Source of the DNA: a virus
Length of the DNA stretch: 64,000 bases
Strand: one strand, 5' to 3'
IMG/VR virus record: IMGVR_UViG_3300037466_003379
Location: 40,106-104,105 of that record
The notes beneath the pieces were generated by a model. It made no database searches. It was not told the DNA's origin and saw nothing but the letters and a program-made list of their open reading frames with translations. Shown piece after piece: positions 53,552 to 63,316 of the stretch (position 1 is the first letter of the stretch; the number at the start of each line of letters is the position of its first letter). The translations under genes and the position numbers were made by a program.

Positions 53552-54336
53552 CGGACGGTCGCCGTCACGAGCAGGGTCGCCGTCTGGGTGCCGGACTCCT
53601 TGAAGGCGTCGACGGGCAGCTCCCGCCAGCTGCCGGTGGCCTCGATGCGCTCGCGCAGCGCGGTGATGGCCTTCGTGGACCGGTAGGCCAGCGAGGCGGG
53701 CACGATCGCGACCAGGCGGCCGCCGGGGCGGACCGCGGTCCAGGCCAGCTCGAGGTGCGCCACCCACAGCGTCTTGTCGGCGTCGCTGGCGAACGGCGGG
53801 TTCAGGATCGCGGCGTCGTAGAGGCCCTCCTCGATCGTCGTGGCGTACTCCTCGAAGCTGCATTGGTAGGTCTCGGTGGCCAGCTCCTGGGCGGCGAGCT
53901 GCTGGTAGCGGTGCTCGTCGGGCTCGACGGCGTCGATCCACGCGTCGGGGAGGACCTGCCGCGCGGCGCGGACGAGGGAGCCGTCGCCGGCGGACGGTTC
54001 GAGGATCATCGCGCGGTCGTCGAGGCCGTCCAGGTGCTCGGCTGCCTCGTCGGCGATGACGTCCGGGGTGCGGAACCACCCGGCAGCCTGCTTCGGGTCC
54101 ACAGGCATCGCTGCGGAGCCGACGAGCGCGGCGAGCTCGGGGCGCGGGTCGCGCGGGAACAGGTGCAGGCCCTGGCGACGGTTCCACTGGCCTCCCCCGG
54201 CGATCCGGGTCAGCGCCTTGTTCACCTCCCGGTAGGTGGAGGGCTGCAGCTGCATCGTGAGGCGGACGGAGGTCTCGTCGGCGACGGCCATCGACAGGGC
54301 GGTGCGGGCGTCGTCGGACAGGGTCGTGCGGGGCAT
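53548..54336 (-). CDS. N6-adenine DNA methyltransferase (orphan)
   Basis: WFRTP, ILEPSAGDG, LNPPF and GGRLVAIVP. Confidence 0.85.
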   Translation of the reverse strand: MPRTTLSDDARTALSMAVADETSVRLTMQLQPSTYREVNKALTRIAGGGQWNRRQGLHLFPRDPRPELAALVGSAAMPVDPKQAAGWFRTPDVIADEAAEHLDGLDDRAMILEPSAGDGSLVRAARQVLPDAWIDAVEPDEHRYQQLAAQELATETYQCSFEEYATTIEEGLYDAAILNPPFASDADKTLWVAHLELAWTAVRPGGRLVAIVPASLAYRSTKAITALRERIEATGSWRELPVDAFKESGTQTATLLVTATVR

Positions 54337-54416
54337 CGGGTGCTCCAGGGGGAGAGGCGGGGTTCAGGGGAAGGGCCTGGGCGCGCCGCGGGGTGTACGG
54401 CGCGCCCAGGGCGGGG

Positions 54417-54983
54417 TCAGCCCTTGACGGCGATCGAGGCGAACAGCTCGTTCGCCTTCGCCTTGACGGTGTCGACGACCTGGCGGCGGGCGTCGATGAT
54501 GACGGCGTTCAGGTCGCGCGACATGGCCTTGTCGACCTCCTCGCGCAGGAGTGCGCGGAAGCCGCCCTTGCGCTCGTCGCCGCTGTACCTCGACGGCTTC
54601 TCGCCCAGGTAGGCGGCGATGTCGGCGCGGATCATGTCGCGGAGCGTGGTCGGCTCGCCCTGGGGTTCGCCGTACCGGTTCGTGGGCCGGATCTCGCCGT
54701 CCAGGGCCTCCCGGACGAGGCGGGTCGCCTCGGCGGCGATCGCCTCGCGGGCGGCTTCCTTGGCGACCTCGACGGCGTTCCGGTACCGGTAGTCGTTCAC
54801 GTCCCGCTTGATCTCGCGGACGAGCCGCTCGGTGATGGCCTCGACGACCATCGCGCCGAGCTCGATCGGCTCGCCGCCCTCGGGGGCGCCGGTCTCGGGG
54901 TCGTACGACTCGTTACGGACGCCGATCACGGTGTCCCAGTGGACGGTCAGGAGGGCGGGCGTGACGGGCTGCTGCTCGGGCAT
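54417..54983 (-). CDS. Hypothetical helical protein
   Basis: Starts in a GGAGCACCCGATG motif; TNRYGEP..EPTTLR. Confidence 0.6.
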   Translation of the reverse strand: MPEQQPVTPALLTVHWDTVIGVRNESYDPETGAPEGGEPIELGAMVVEAITERLVREIKRDVNDYRYRNAVEVAKEAAREAIAAEATRLVREALDGEIRPTNRYGEPQGEPTTLRDMIRADIAAYLGEKPSRYSGDERKGGFRALLREEVDKAMSRDLNAVIIDARRQVVDTVKAKANELFASIAVKG

Positions 54984-55077
54984 CGGGTGCTCCAGGGGTT
55001 GGGGTGAAGGGGGTGCCGGTGGGCGCCCTCCGCTCCCGCCCAGAGCGCGCTGGGCGGGACGGGGGACGTCCACCGGG

Positions 55078-56871
55078 TCAGGCGATGTCGTCCATCGGGT
55101 CGTCCTCGGCCTCCAGCTCCGGGTCGTGTTCGGCGTCCTCCTCGTCCTCCCACTCGTCCGGGTCCTCGTCGTCGGCGGTGAGGTCGTGGTGCTCCACCCT
55201 CGCCACCACGACGCCGCCGATCACGATGGCGCCGACCTCGTCGGGCTTCTCGTCGGCAGGGGCGGGCTTGAACTCGTCGAGACCGGACAGGTCGACGTCG
55301 GGGGCGTCGTCGTCCTCGTCGTCCGCGTCGTCCTCATCGGGGTCGCCGTCGTAGATCGGCTCGTCGGCCAGCTCCTCGGCGAGGTCGGCGCCGTGCGCCT
55401 CCCGGGCCTTGTCCTCGGCGTCCTGCCGGGCCTTGTCGACGGCGTCGATGGTGTCCTGCTCGATCTCGGCGAGCTGGTAGCCCCAGGCGGCGAGCTGGCG
55501 GAGCATGCGGGCGTCCACGTCGTTGGGGTTCCGCCAGACCTGGCGCTCCTCGGTCTTCTCCTCCCATGCGCACAGGACCAGCGCTGCGGTGTGCACGGCG
55601 AGCTTCTTCGGCGTCCAGTGCTCGGCGCCGGCGCGGAGGGTGGCGAGCTGCTCGTCGATGGTGCCCAGGCAGGAGAACTTGTCCTGCGGGCGTTCGGTCT
55701 CCAGGCCCATCGCGTCCCGGTACTTCCGGAAGCCGTGGTACCCGGACAGCGCTTCCTCGAGGTAGGTGTTCGAGTGGAGCATCTCGAAGTACACGAAGCG
55801 TTCGACGTCGGGCAGGGACTTGCGCTGCATGAGTTCCTGGCGGATGAACGCGCGGCGCACGGTGGTCGCGGCCTTCCAGAGCTTGTTGTTGGCGATGACG
55901 CGCTTGCGCTCGGCGGCCTCGGCCTCCCGGTCGGCGTCGGTCTTCTCCTGGGTGGCGGTGCCGTAGGCGGCGTGTTCCTTGTGGCCGTTGGCCTTGAAGT
56001 CGGTGCAGTACGGGACGAGCTTGACCCGCTTGACGCGCTCGCGGGCCTCGGCGTCCCAGCTCAGCTGGATCCCGACGTACACGAGGTGGCCGGGGCAGGT
56101 GCGGTGCTTCTCCTCGGCCTCCTCGGGGGAGTCGCCGTGTGACCAGCCCTCGAAGCCGTAGACCTGGCGGGCGCCGGACTCGTAGGCGGGGGCTTCCTTG
56201 CAGACGTTGGCGACGCCGGCGGCGCGGAGCTCGGCGACGCGGGCGTCGACCATCTCCCGGTCGGCGCGCTCCTCGCGGGCGATCTCGGCGACGTGGTCGA
56301 ACTGGCCTGTCGGGGCGGCGGCGGTCAGCTTCGCGACGACCTCGGGCTCGTCGGCGAACTCGTCGACCACGGCGGCCTGGTCGATGGTCAGGGCGTGGGA
56401 CTTCGCGACCTCCTTCGCGACCTCGGACTTCGAGACGCGCAGCGCCTTCTGGACGGTGTCCTTGCCGAGGTGGGTGCGCTTCTGGATCTGGGCGGCGGAC
56501 ACACCGAGGAGGGCGAGCTGCTCGACGGCGGCGATCTCGTCGGCCGCGGTCATGGCTTCGCGGTGGACGTTCTCGACGAGCTGGTCGGTGATGCGGTCGA
56601 TCTCGTCGGGGTCGGTGACGACGCGGACGGGGACGGTGGGCAGCTTCGCCTTCACGGCGGCGAGGGTGCGGCGCTGGCCGCGGAGGACGGAGAGTCCGCC
56701 GTCGTCGTCGCGCTTGCAGGTGATGGTCTCCAGGACGCCGCGGTCCTTCACGGAGGCGCAGAACTCGGGGTCGAGCTTCACGTCCTGGCGGACGTTGGCG
56801 AAGATGCGCAGCTCGGTGGGGTCGATGTGGAGGATGCGGTCGGTGTCGTCGGCCAGCTCGGTGGTGGTCAT
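55078..56871 (-). CDS. ParB/RepB/Spo0J-family protein with a long C-terminal extension
   Basis: NVR...SVKDRGVLE, LRGQRR and QLVENVHREAM; HTH; acidic tail. Confidence 0.85.
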   Translation of the reverse strand: MTTTELADDTDRILHIDPTELRIFANVRQDVKLDPEFCASVKDRGVLETITCKRDDDGGLSVLRGQRRTLAAVKAKLPTVPVRVVTDPDEIDRITDQLVENVHREAMTAADEIAAVEQLALLGVSAAQIQKRTHLGKDTVQKALRVSKSEVAKEVAKSHALTIDQAAVVDEFADEPEVVAKLTAAAPTGQFDHVAEIAREERADREMVDARVAELRAAGVANVCKEAPAYESGARQVYGFEGWSHGDSPEEAEEKHRTCPGHLVYVGIQLSWDAEARERVKRVKLVPYCTDFKANGHKEHAAYGTATQEKTDADREAEAAERKRVIANNKLWKAATTVRRAFIRQELMQRKSLPDVERFVYFEMLHSNTYLEEALSGYHGFRKYRDAMGLETERPQDKFSCLGTIDEQLATLRAGAEHWTPKKLAVHTAALVLCAWEEKTEERQVWRNPNDVDARMLRQLAAWGYQLAEIEQDTIDAVDKARQDAEDKAREAHGADLAEELADEPIYDGDPDEDDADDEDDDAPDVDLSGLDEFKPAPADEKPDEVGAIVIGGVVVARVEHHDLTADDEDPDEWEDEEDAEHDPELEAEDDPMDDIA

Positions 56872-57084
56872 GTCTCGGGTGCTCTCTCTCGGTTGGGCCG
56901 GGGGTGTCGGCTCAGTGGTGGAAGGGGGCCAGCACGCTCTCGCTCATCGCGGCGACCTTCTCGGCCAGCTCCATCACCAGGAGGTAGGCGTGGGTGCGGA
57001 GGTGGGCGTGGAGGTTCAGCGTGCGGGCCATCGGGGGGTGCTCCTCGGGAGGGGGGTGGCGCCCTCGGTGGGCGCCTCTCGGGG

Positions 57085-57135
57085 GGTACCGGCAAAGCGT
57101 ACCTCTCCCGTGGAGCACTGATCAACACTGAAAAA
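57085..57135 (-). promoter_or_regulatory. Phage promoter/operator motif, copy 2
   Basis: Minus strand TTTTTCAGTG-TTGATC-18 bp-TACGCT-TTGCCGGTACC. Confidence 0.7.
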
Positions 57136-57367
57136 CGGTCGGGCGTGTCGCCCCGCTGATCAGCACTGACCCTCTGACCAGGTCAAACAGGCCCCTCCCC
57201 GTGGCACGGCTGGTCCGGCGGCCGCACCGCAGCACAGGTCCCGCAGACCCACGCCGGCGACAGCTCCCGCGCCTGCAGCGGGTCCGACGGCCGAGGAATC
57301 CAGGACGGATGCCGGACCGGCCCGCCCGGACCCATGACGGCCCAGGACGGGCGACGCACGAGCGCGC

Positions 57368-57664
57368 TCACCGGCCCGACCCCTCGAAGCCGACCTCGGG
57401 TCGCCCCTGGACGAGGTCGCCGTCGTTCACGGCGATCCGGACCGTGCACTCCCCCGGTCCGCCGAGCTCGTCGGGGACCTCCTCCGTCACGACGTTCACG
57501 ACCAGCTCGCCGCCCTTCCAGTGGGCGATCACGAGGGCGCCGCCCACCCGGAGCGCTGGGCGCTCGTCTGCGGTGGTCTGGGGCAGGAACTCGGCGGCCT
57601 GATTGAGCCGCTCCTCGGTCGTCTCCGGCACCCAGAGGTCCACCGGCCAGTAGTAGCCAGACAT
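57368..57664 (-). CDS. Hypothetical protein
   Basis: Coding-like ORF in the operon. Confidence 0.5.
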   Translation of the reverse strand: MSGYYWPVDLWVPETTEERLNQAAEFLPQTTADERPALRVGGALVIAHWKGGELVVNVVTEEVPDELGGPGECTVRIAVNDGDLVQGRPEVGFEGSGR

Positions 57665-57667
57665 CGC

Positions 57668-58054
57668 TCAGACCTCCTGGCTGGTCGGCAGGCCGAAGCG
57701 GGCGGCGTCGCGCTCGTAGACCATGCGCGCGAGCGCTCCGCCTTCGTAGGCGGCGCGCTGGGCGTCCTGCAGCGTCGGGTAGTGGGTGCCGTGGAGCGGG
57801 TGCCGCTCGGCGATCTGACCGATGCTGTCGTAGCGCATGGAGAGCTTCCGGCAGAGGAGCTGCCAGATCGGCTCGCCGCCCTCCTGCTGGTAGGCGACGT
57901 GCCAGCCGCCGATCACGGCGCAAGCCGGGCCACCCTCGGCGTAGGTCGGGACGGCGTCCCAGGGCAGCTCCTCGACGGTGTAGAGCCGGTACAGCGTGTT
58001 CGGGCTGCCGCCCTGCAGGCGGGGCAGGCGGGTCGGGGTGACGGTCGCAGTCAT
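57668..58054 (-). CDS. Hypothetical protein
   Basis: Starts in a GGAGCACCCGATG motif. Confidence 0.6.
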   Translation of the reverse strand: MTATVTPTRLPRLQGGSPNTLYRLYTVEELPWDAVPTYAEGGPACAVIGGWHVAYQQEGGEPIWQLLCRKLSMRYDSIGQIAERHPLHGTHYPTLQDAQRAAYEGGALARMVYERDAARFGLPTSQEV

Positions 58055-58096
58055 CGGGTGCTCCTCAGGGGTGGTTGAGGGGTTCGAGTGTTGGGG

Positions 58097-58333
58097 TCAG
58101 GCGGCGAGGTGGTCGCGGACGGCCTGGACGGCGGCGTCGGTGAGGACGTGGTCGCCGCAGGTGAAGCCCGCGGCGTCGCGGTAGTTGCGGTCGACGAAGC
58201 CGCCGCGGTCGGGGTCGTCGTCGAAGACGTCGTCGGGGTCGAGGGCTACGTGGAACAGGCCGTAGACGATCGTGTCGACGGTGGCGGGCTCGACGTCCAG
58301 CTCGGTGGCGAGCGAGCAGATCGTGTGCTGCAT
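58097..58333 (-). CDS. Small acidic protein (possible HTH)
   Basis: TICSLATELDVEP; RBS GAGGAG; first gene after the promoter. Confidence 0.55.
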   Translation of the reverse strand: MQHTICSLATELDVEPATVDTIVYGLFHVALDPDDVFDDDPDRGGFVDRNYRDAAGFTCGDHVLTDAAVQAVRDHLAA

Positions 58334-58369
58334 CGGAGGCTCCTCAGGCGGGTGGGGGTCACGCTCTTG

Positions 58370-58419
58370 GGTACCGTTAAACCGTACCGTGCGGTGAAGG
58401 GCTGATCAACACTGAAAAA
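58370..58419 (-). promoter_or_regulatory. Phage promoter/operator motif, copy 3
   Basis: Minus strand TTTTTCAGTG-TTGATC-17 bp-TACGGT-TTAACGGTACC. Confidence 0.7.
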
Positions 58420-58448
58420 GGCCAGGCCGTGAAACCACGGCCTGGCCT
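58419..58448 (-). terminator. Intrinsic terminator
   Basis: AGGCCAGGCCGTG stem with a 4-nt loop; TTTTT follows on the minus strand. Confidence 0.7.
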
Positions 58449-58453
58449 GCGCA

Positions 58454-58690
58454 CTACTCCCCCGACGGCCGCCAGCCGCCCTGCTCCCGCTGCCGCTGCA
58501 GCGCCTGCAACAACGGCGACCTCGACACCTCCAGCGCCCGCTCACGCAGCGCCTGACGCCCGAGCTGCACCCGCACCGCCTCCGCCGTCTGCAGCTTCCA
58601 GGCGTCCTCCCGCGCAGCGTCCTGGATCTCGAAGAGCTGCCCCCACTCGGCCCGCGTAAGGAGGATGCCGATCACCGGCTGGTCAGGCAC
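58454..58690 (-). CDS. Hypothetical protein
   Basis: Overlaps the upstream gene; helical. Confidence 0.45.
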   Translation of the reverse strand: MPDQPVIGILLTRAEWGQLFEIQDAAREDAWKLQTAEAVRVQLGRQALRERALEVSRSPLLQALQRQREQGGWRPSGE

Positions 58691-59528
58691 CGGCCACCGC
58701 CTCGGCCGGCTCACGCTCGCGGAGCTTCTCCACCGCTGCCTTGAGGTCGGCCAGGTCCCGCTGGTCGAGCTTGCGGAGCAGGCGCTCCACGTCCTGCGCG
58801 CTGTGCCGGGCACGAGAGGCGACCAGCTCGGCCCGCCGATACACGGAGCCGAGGTCGCGCAGAGCAGCGATGACGTCGGCGACCTCGACCTCGTGCTCCC
58901 AGCGCCCGATCCGCTCGGCCTCCAGCGACTGTGGACCACCGAGGCCGATGACGATCCGCTCGACAACCTCGTACAGGCGTTCCCGGGCAGGGCTCTCTCG
59001 CGGCGTCCGGAGGCGCAGCTCCGCCAGCTCCTGCTGCTGCCGCTGGTAGGTGTCCTGCATCGCCCGGTGGTCGACGCCCTGCCGGTACAGCCGCCAGTGC
59101 AGCCAGCGGGCGATCGTCTCGTACGCCGGCCCCTTGTCGACGGGCTTGAGCCTCGGAGCCTTCCGCAGCACCGTCATCGACCTGGTGCGGCGCCCGGACG
59201 GCGGCGCCATGATCCCCCACAGCTCCGGGATCTCCAGGCCCTCGATCAGGGCGGGGTCGGAGACGACGAGCCACCACTCGTCGCAGTACCGGAGCCATGC
59301 GTCGGGCTTCGTGGCGTCGGCGAGCTCGGCGAGCAGGTCCGACCTGGTCACCTTGATCTCGTGGCCGATCAGCTTGCCGTGGGCGGCGATCGAGACGCCC
59401 TGCCAGATCAGGTCGGCGCGGCGCGGCGACGCTGGGGCCTGGATCTCGGGGGCGAAGATCCCGGCCGGCTGTCGCCCCTCGGGTAGGTAGTGGCGGCGCA
59501 GCAGGTCCAGGACGTCCCGCGCGGTCAC
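58683..59528 (-). CDS. MmcB-like PD-(D/E)XK nuclease with a coiled-coil C-terminus
   Basis: EI...RRADLI...GHEIKVTRSDLLAEL...K...CDEWWLV...WGI. Confidence 0.7.
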   Translation of the reverse strand: MTARDVLDLLRRHYLPEGRQPAGIFAPEIQAPASPRRADLIWQGVSIAAHGKLIGHEIKVTRSDLLAELADATKPDAWLRYCDEWWLVVSDPALIEGLEIPELWGIMAPPSGRRTRSMTVLRKAPRLKPVDKGPAYETIARWLHWRLYRQGVDHRAMQDTYQRQQQELAELRLRTPRESPARERLYEVVERIVIGLGGPQSLEAERIGRWEHEVEVADVIAALRDLGSVYRRAELVASRARHSAQDVERLLRKLDQRDLADLKAAVEKLREREPAEAVAGA

Positions 59529-59535
59529 CGGCTGA

Positions 59536-59880
59536 TCACCGGGCACGGAGCACCACCTCCAGCTCCTGCAGCGACACCCATCGCCGCTCCCCGCCGCGGG
59601 TCGGGGACGCCGGCCACTCCACGATCACCGGGGCGGCGAGGCCCGTCGGCACCATGCCGTCCGACTTCCGGGGCACAGCGAGCCACCCGACCGCGGCCCA
59701 CGTCGACGAGCGCTTCTCCGGCTCGGCCAGCCGCACCCGGTTCCCCCACAGCTGGGTGGTCAGCACCCAGCACGACGGGCACAGCGACTCCCCGACCCAG
59801 TCGTACAGAGGGGCGATCGTCGGGCAGCGCTCGCACATCCTGGGCGCCGTGATCGGCTTCGCCTTCGCCGGGGCGGTCAC
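59536..59880 (-). CDS. Zinc-finger hypothetical protein
   Basis: CERC...LCPSC. Confidence 0.45.
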   Translation of the reverse strand: MTAPAKAKPITAPRMCERCPTIAPLYDWVGESLCPSCWVLTTQLWGNRVRLAEPEKRSSTWAAVGWLAVPRKSDGMVPTGLAAPVIVEWPASPTRGGERRWVSLQELEVVLRAR

Positions 59881-60085
59881 CGCCGGGCTCCCGTGCGCAG
59901 CGCAGACCTGCTCGTGCCGATGTGCTGGGCGCCCGCCGGGAGAACCGACTGGGCGGTCCAGACCTGCCAGCACGCCGGCGAGCCTGCCGCGCGCGTCCAT
60001 CCGGCCGGGACGTCGCCGACCTTCGGGGGCCAGATCCAGACGACGTCGCCGACGATCGGGCGCATGTCGCGCTCCTGCTGGGCAG

Positions 60086-60823
60086 TCACCGGGCGTCCTC
60101 CGCATCGGGCGCCGGCGGGACGACCAGCTTCGCCGCGGCGGTGCCGACGATGTCCTTCCGGCCGGCCGTCTCGGCGGCCTGGTTGAGGGCGTCGGCGAGC
60201 TGCCAGCGGCCCATGCCGTCGAAGTACCGGGCGAGCGCGTACAGGCGGCGCTGGGCCTGGCAGTTCACGCACGTCGGTGAGCAGTCCGGGGTCTCCTGCG
60301 CGCGGTGGAGCTCGGGCAGGTCGGGCGGGCGGACACCGCGGGGCGGGTAGACGCCGCCGTTCGCGGCCTTCGCCCAGTCCACGGCGTGCGCGACGAACTG
60401 GCGGAGGATCTCCTCCTCCGCCTCGTCGCCATCCCAGCTCCTGCCCGGCTGGTCGTCGCCGGGGATCAGCTCGTCGATCGCGTCCCGCAGGAACCGGTAC
60501 GCGTCGCCGTCCTGGTCCACGTGCTCGACGACCCAGGAGACGCCGCCGTCGGAGTGCGGGCCGTGGCCGCGCGGCTTGCTGCAGCGCCGGTGCGGGTGGA
60601 GTTCCTCGCCGCACGGCTCGACAGCGAGCCGCGACCACGGCGACTCCACGATCGGCCAGTCGGCCACGTAGGCGTGCGGCAGGACCTCGATGCCCGCGAG
60701 ATTCCCGGCGGCCGAGGGCCGGCCGACGAGCCACAGCAGCTCGTGCTCGTAGTCCGCGCGCAGGGCGAAGCGGTCACCGTCAGTACGGATCGTGCCGAGC
60801 GGGTCAGGGGTCGGGTCAGCCAC
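60086..60823 (-). CDS. Hypothetical protein
   Basis: Coding-like; C/H clusters. Confidence 0.55.
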   Translation of the reverse strand: MADPTPDPLGTIRTDGDRFALRADYEHELLWLVGRPSAAGNLAGIEVLPHAYVADWPIVESPWSRLAVEPCGEELHPHRRCSKPRGHGPHSDGGVSWVVEHVDQDGDAYRFLRDAIDELIPGDDQPGRSWDGDEAEEEILRQFVAHAVDWAKAANGGVYPPRGVRPPDLPELHRAQETPDCSPTCVNCQAQRRLYALARYFDGMGRWQLADALNQAAETAGRKDIVGTAAAKLVVPPAPDAEDAR

Positions 60824-61112
60824 GGTGCACCTCCGCGAGCTGCTCGACGTGCGCGACCGCGGCGAGCACCGCCAGGGCGTGCTGGCGGGCGTCGTCGAGG
60901 TGCTCGTGGTCGATCGTCCGGCCGTGGATCTTCACCATGTCCCCCAGGACCTGCACACCGCCCTCCCACGCGGCGATGCCGGTGCCGGCGTGGAACGACC
61001 TCCACGGCGGCAGGACGACGCCGCCGCCGACGACGTCCTCCACCGTGGGCGCTGCGGACTCGGCGAACTGGGCGGCCAGCTCCTCGAGCGTGGCCGGCGC
61101 GGCGGCGGTCAC
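60816..61112 (-). CDS. Hypothetical protein
   Basis: Overlapping operon gene. Confidence 0.45.
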   Translation of the reverse strand: MTAAAPATLEELAAQFAESAAPTVEDVVGGGVVLPPWRSFHAGTGIAAWEGGVQVLGDMVKIHGRTIDHEHLDDARQHALAVLAAVAHVEQLAEVHRG

Positions 61113-61296
61113 CGGCTGCCCGCCCACACGAGCGCGGCGGCCAGCAGGTACCCGGCGACGTGACCGGTGACCTTGCGGGCCGCGTGGGCGGCATCCCGGG
61201 CCATCCCGGGCAGACCAGGGCTGTTCAGTTCCATCGGGTGCTCCTCGGTGAGGGTGTCCGGCCCGGGGGTGGTCGAGCCGGTGTCTGGGTGCCTGC

Positions 61297-61692
61297 TCAG
61301 GCAGGCGGTGGGTCGTGCGGAGGGTCCGCGAGCCACTCCAGGCAGCGGCGGGCGGCGTCGAGCTGCTCCCGGCGCAGGTGCAGCGGGGCGCGCCACCAGC
61401 CGCCGTGCTCGTCGAGCCGCTCCGGGCTGGTCGCCCAGGCGGCGTGCGCGAGCCGCTTGATGTCGGCCGCGCCGGTGGACAGGGCGATCACGCGGGAGCC
61501 GCGCCCGGTCGGCGGCTGGACGGCCTCAGTCGCTCGCTGAGCGGGGATCACTGGCGTGGGGTCCTCCGCCACGGGGGCGGTGCCGCTGGTGTCCGCCAGG
61601 AGGAGCAGGAGGTCGTCTCGGGCCACGACCAGACGCGCTCCCCCGTCCGCCTCCGCGGCACGGCGGAGACGGACGCGGTAGTCGGCGGTCAT
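61297..61692 (-). CDS. Hypothetical protein
   Basis: Operon gene. Confidence 0.4.
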   Translation of the reverse strand: MTADYRVRLRRAAEADGGARLVVARDDLLLLLADTSGTAPVAEDPTPVIPAQRATEAVQPPTGRGSRVIALSTGAADIKRLAHAAWATSPERLDEHGGWWRAPLHLRREQLDAARRCLEWLADPPHDPPPA

Positions 61693-61714
61693 CACGAGTC
61701 CACGCCGTGGGCGC

Positions 61715-62038
61715 TCACGCGACCCGTCCATCGCCCATGCCGGGGAGGCGAAGCGACCCGGTCCGGACGTACCCGGGCCGCTGGTCCTCGTCGTCCTGCT
61801 GCCACGGGTTCGCCGGGCGGCCGACGGCGCGCTTGTCGCCGGCGGCCTCGGCGCGCTGGTAGATCCCGTCCCACTGCTTCAAGGTCAGGCCGACCCGGGC
61901 GGGGAAGCGGGCCCAGGACACGACGTCGCGCAGGGCGTGCCACTCGGCGAGCGCGACCTCGTCGCGCATCGAGTCCTCCGGGATGGTGACCAGCTCGTCG
62001 CGGGCGCGGCGGCGCGCTGAGGGCGACTTGCTGCCCAT
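61715..62038 (-). CDS. Hypothetical protein
   Basis: TGATG overlap. Confidence 0.45.
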   Translation of the reverse strand: MGSKSPSARRRARDELVTIPEDSMRDEVALAEWHALRDVVSWARFPARVGLTLKQWDGIYQRAEAAGDKRAVGRPANPWQQDDEDQRPGYVRTGSLRLPGMGDGRVA

Positions 62039-62499
62039 CAGCCCCGGTCCAGCCGCTCGGCGATGTGCCGGGCCTGCTCCTCATAGGAGCGGCCCCGCCA
62101 CTCGTCGCTATCGGTCTCCACGAGCAGCTCGGTGAGCTCGGAGATGTCGAGCCACACCGGGCGCCGGCCGCGGAGGACCAGCTGGATGGCGTCCAGGAGC
62201 GGGTAGGACTCGGGCCGCATCACCGACACGCGGGTGTCGGCGGTGACCGTGGCCGTCGACTTGTGGCCGTCGGCGTGGCGGATCTTCACGTCCACGGTGT
62301 CGTAGCTGGCGAGTCGATTGTCGGGGGCGCTGCGGGCGCGCTCCAGGAGGGCAGCCTCGTCCTGGTCCACGGCGGCCGCGCGGAGCACCGCGGTGGCGGT
62401 GGCGACCGCGGCCTCGTGCATGTTGAGGCCGGAGTCGCGGGCCGCGTACAGGGCGTCGATCGCGGCCTTGTCGACGTCCTCCCGGCCGGTGCCGCTCAT
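62038..62499 (-). CDS. Hypothetical protein
   Basis: ATGA overlap; coding-like composition. Confidence 0.5.
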   Translation of the reverse strand: MSGTGREDVDKAAIDALYAARDSGLNMHEAAVATATAVLRAAAVDQDEAALLERARSAPDNRLASYDTVDVKIRHADGHKSTATVTADTRVSVMRPESYPLLDAIQLVLRGRRPVWLDISELTELLVETDSDEWRGRSYEEQARHIAERLDRG

Positions 62500-63215
62500 G
62501 CCCGGGCCTCGGCCTTCACGTCGTGGTAGGCGGCGATGATCCGGCGGGCCAGATCGTGGAACTCGACCACGGTGCGGTGATAGGGAAGCTCGGCCAGCCG
62601 GGTGTCGATCGCGTTCACCGGGGGCAGCTCGTCCCGCACCGCCCACAGGACCTCGGCCGCCGCGGAGAGGTCGCCGAGCCCGGCGGCCGGGGTGCAGTCG
62701 CAGTCCTGGGTGAGCGCGCCGCCGTGCAGCGAGCACGTCTTCCAGTCCCCGTTCTCCCAGCGCGTCGGGGCGCTCTCGGGGTCCAGGAGCGTGACGACCG
62801 TGGAGTCGCCGCAGCCTGCCCAGAACTCGGCGGCGAGCAGGGTGTCGGGCAGGTTCTGCTCGAGGACCGTGGCGACGTCGGCTTCGACGTGGTCGGGGTG
62901 GATGTCGCAGTGCTCGGCCCACTCGCGGCGGTCGACGGTGACGCGGAGGACGCGTTCCACGGTCACGGTGTCGGGCTGCGCGGGCGGCTCGACGACGACC
63001 TGCCAGGTGGGCGCGATGCGGAGCAGGTTCTCGGAGTCCAGGTAGCCCTCCATCCCGGAGAGCTGCCAGCGGGTCGGACCGGTGCTGCCGGCGGGGATGG
63101 CGAGTACCGCGACGGCGGGGTGGGGCGGGTCGACGGGGCGGATGACGGTGCCGCGGGCGAGCCGGTCCAGCTCGCTGGCGGCGGCGTACGTGGGCAGGGC
63201 AGAGCTGTCGGACAT
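62496..63215 (-). CDS. Hypothetical protein
   Basis: Starts in a GGAGCACCCGATG motif. Confidence 0.6.
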   Translation of the reverse strand: MSDSSALPTYAAASELDRLARGTVIRPVDPPHPAVAVLAIPAGSTGPTRWQLSGMEGYLDSENLLRIAPTWQVVVEPPAQPDTVTVERVLRVTVDRREWAEHCDIHPDHVEADVATVLEQNLPDTLLAAEFWAGCGDSTVVTLLDPESAPTRWENGDWKTCSLHGGALTQDCDCTPAAGLGDLSAAAEVLWAVRDELPPVNAIDTRLAELPYHRTVVEFHDLARRIIAAYHDVKAEARA

Positions 63216-63316
63216 CGGGTGCTCCAGTGAGGTGCGGGGCCCGGGGGTGGTCGGGCCTTGCGGGTGCAGTGTGCCCGCCCCCACCGACAGGCCGTCGGTG
63301 GGGGCGGGCCGGAGGA

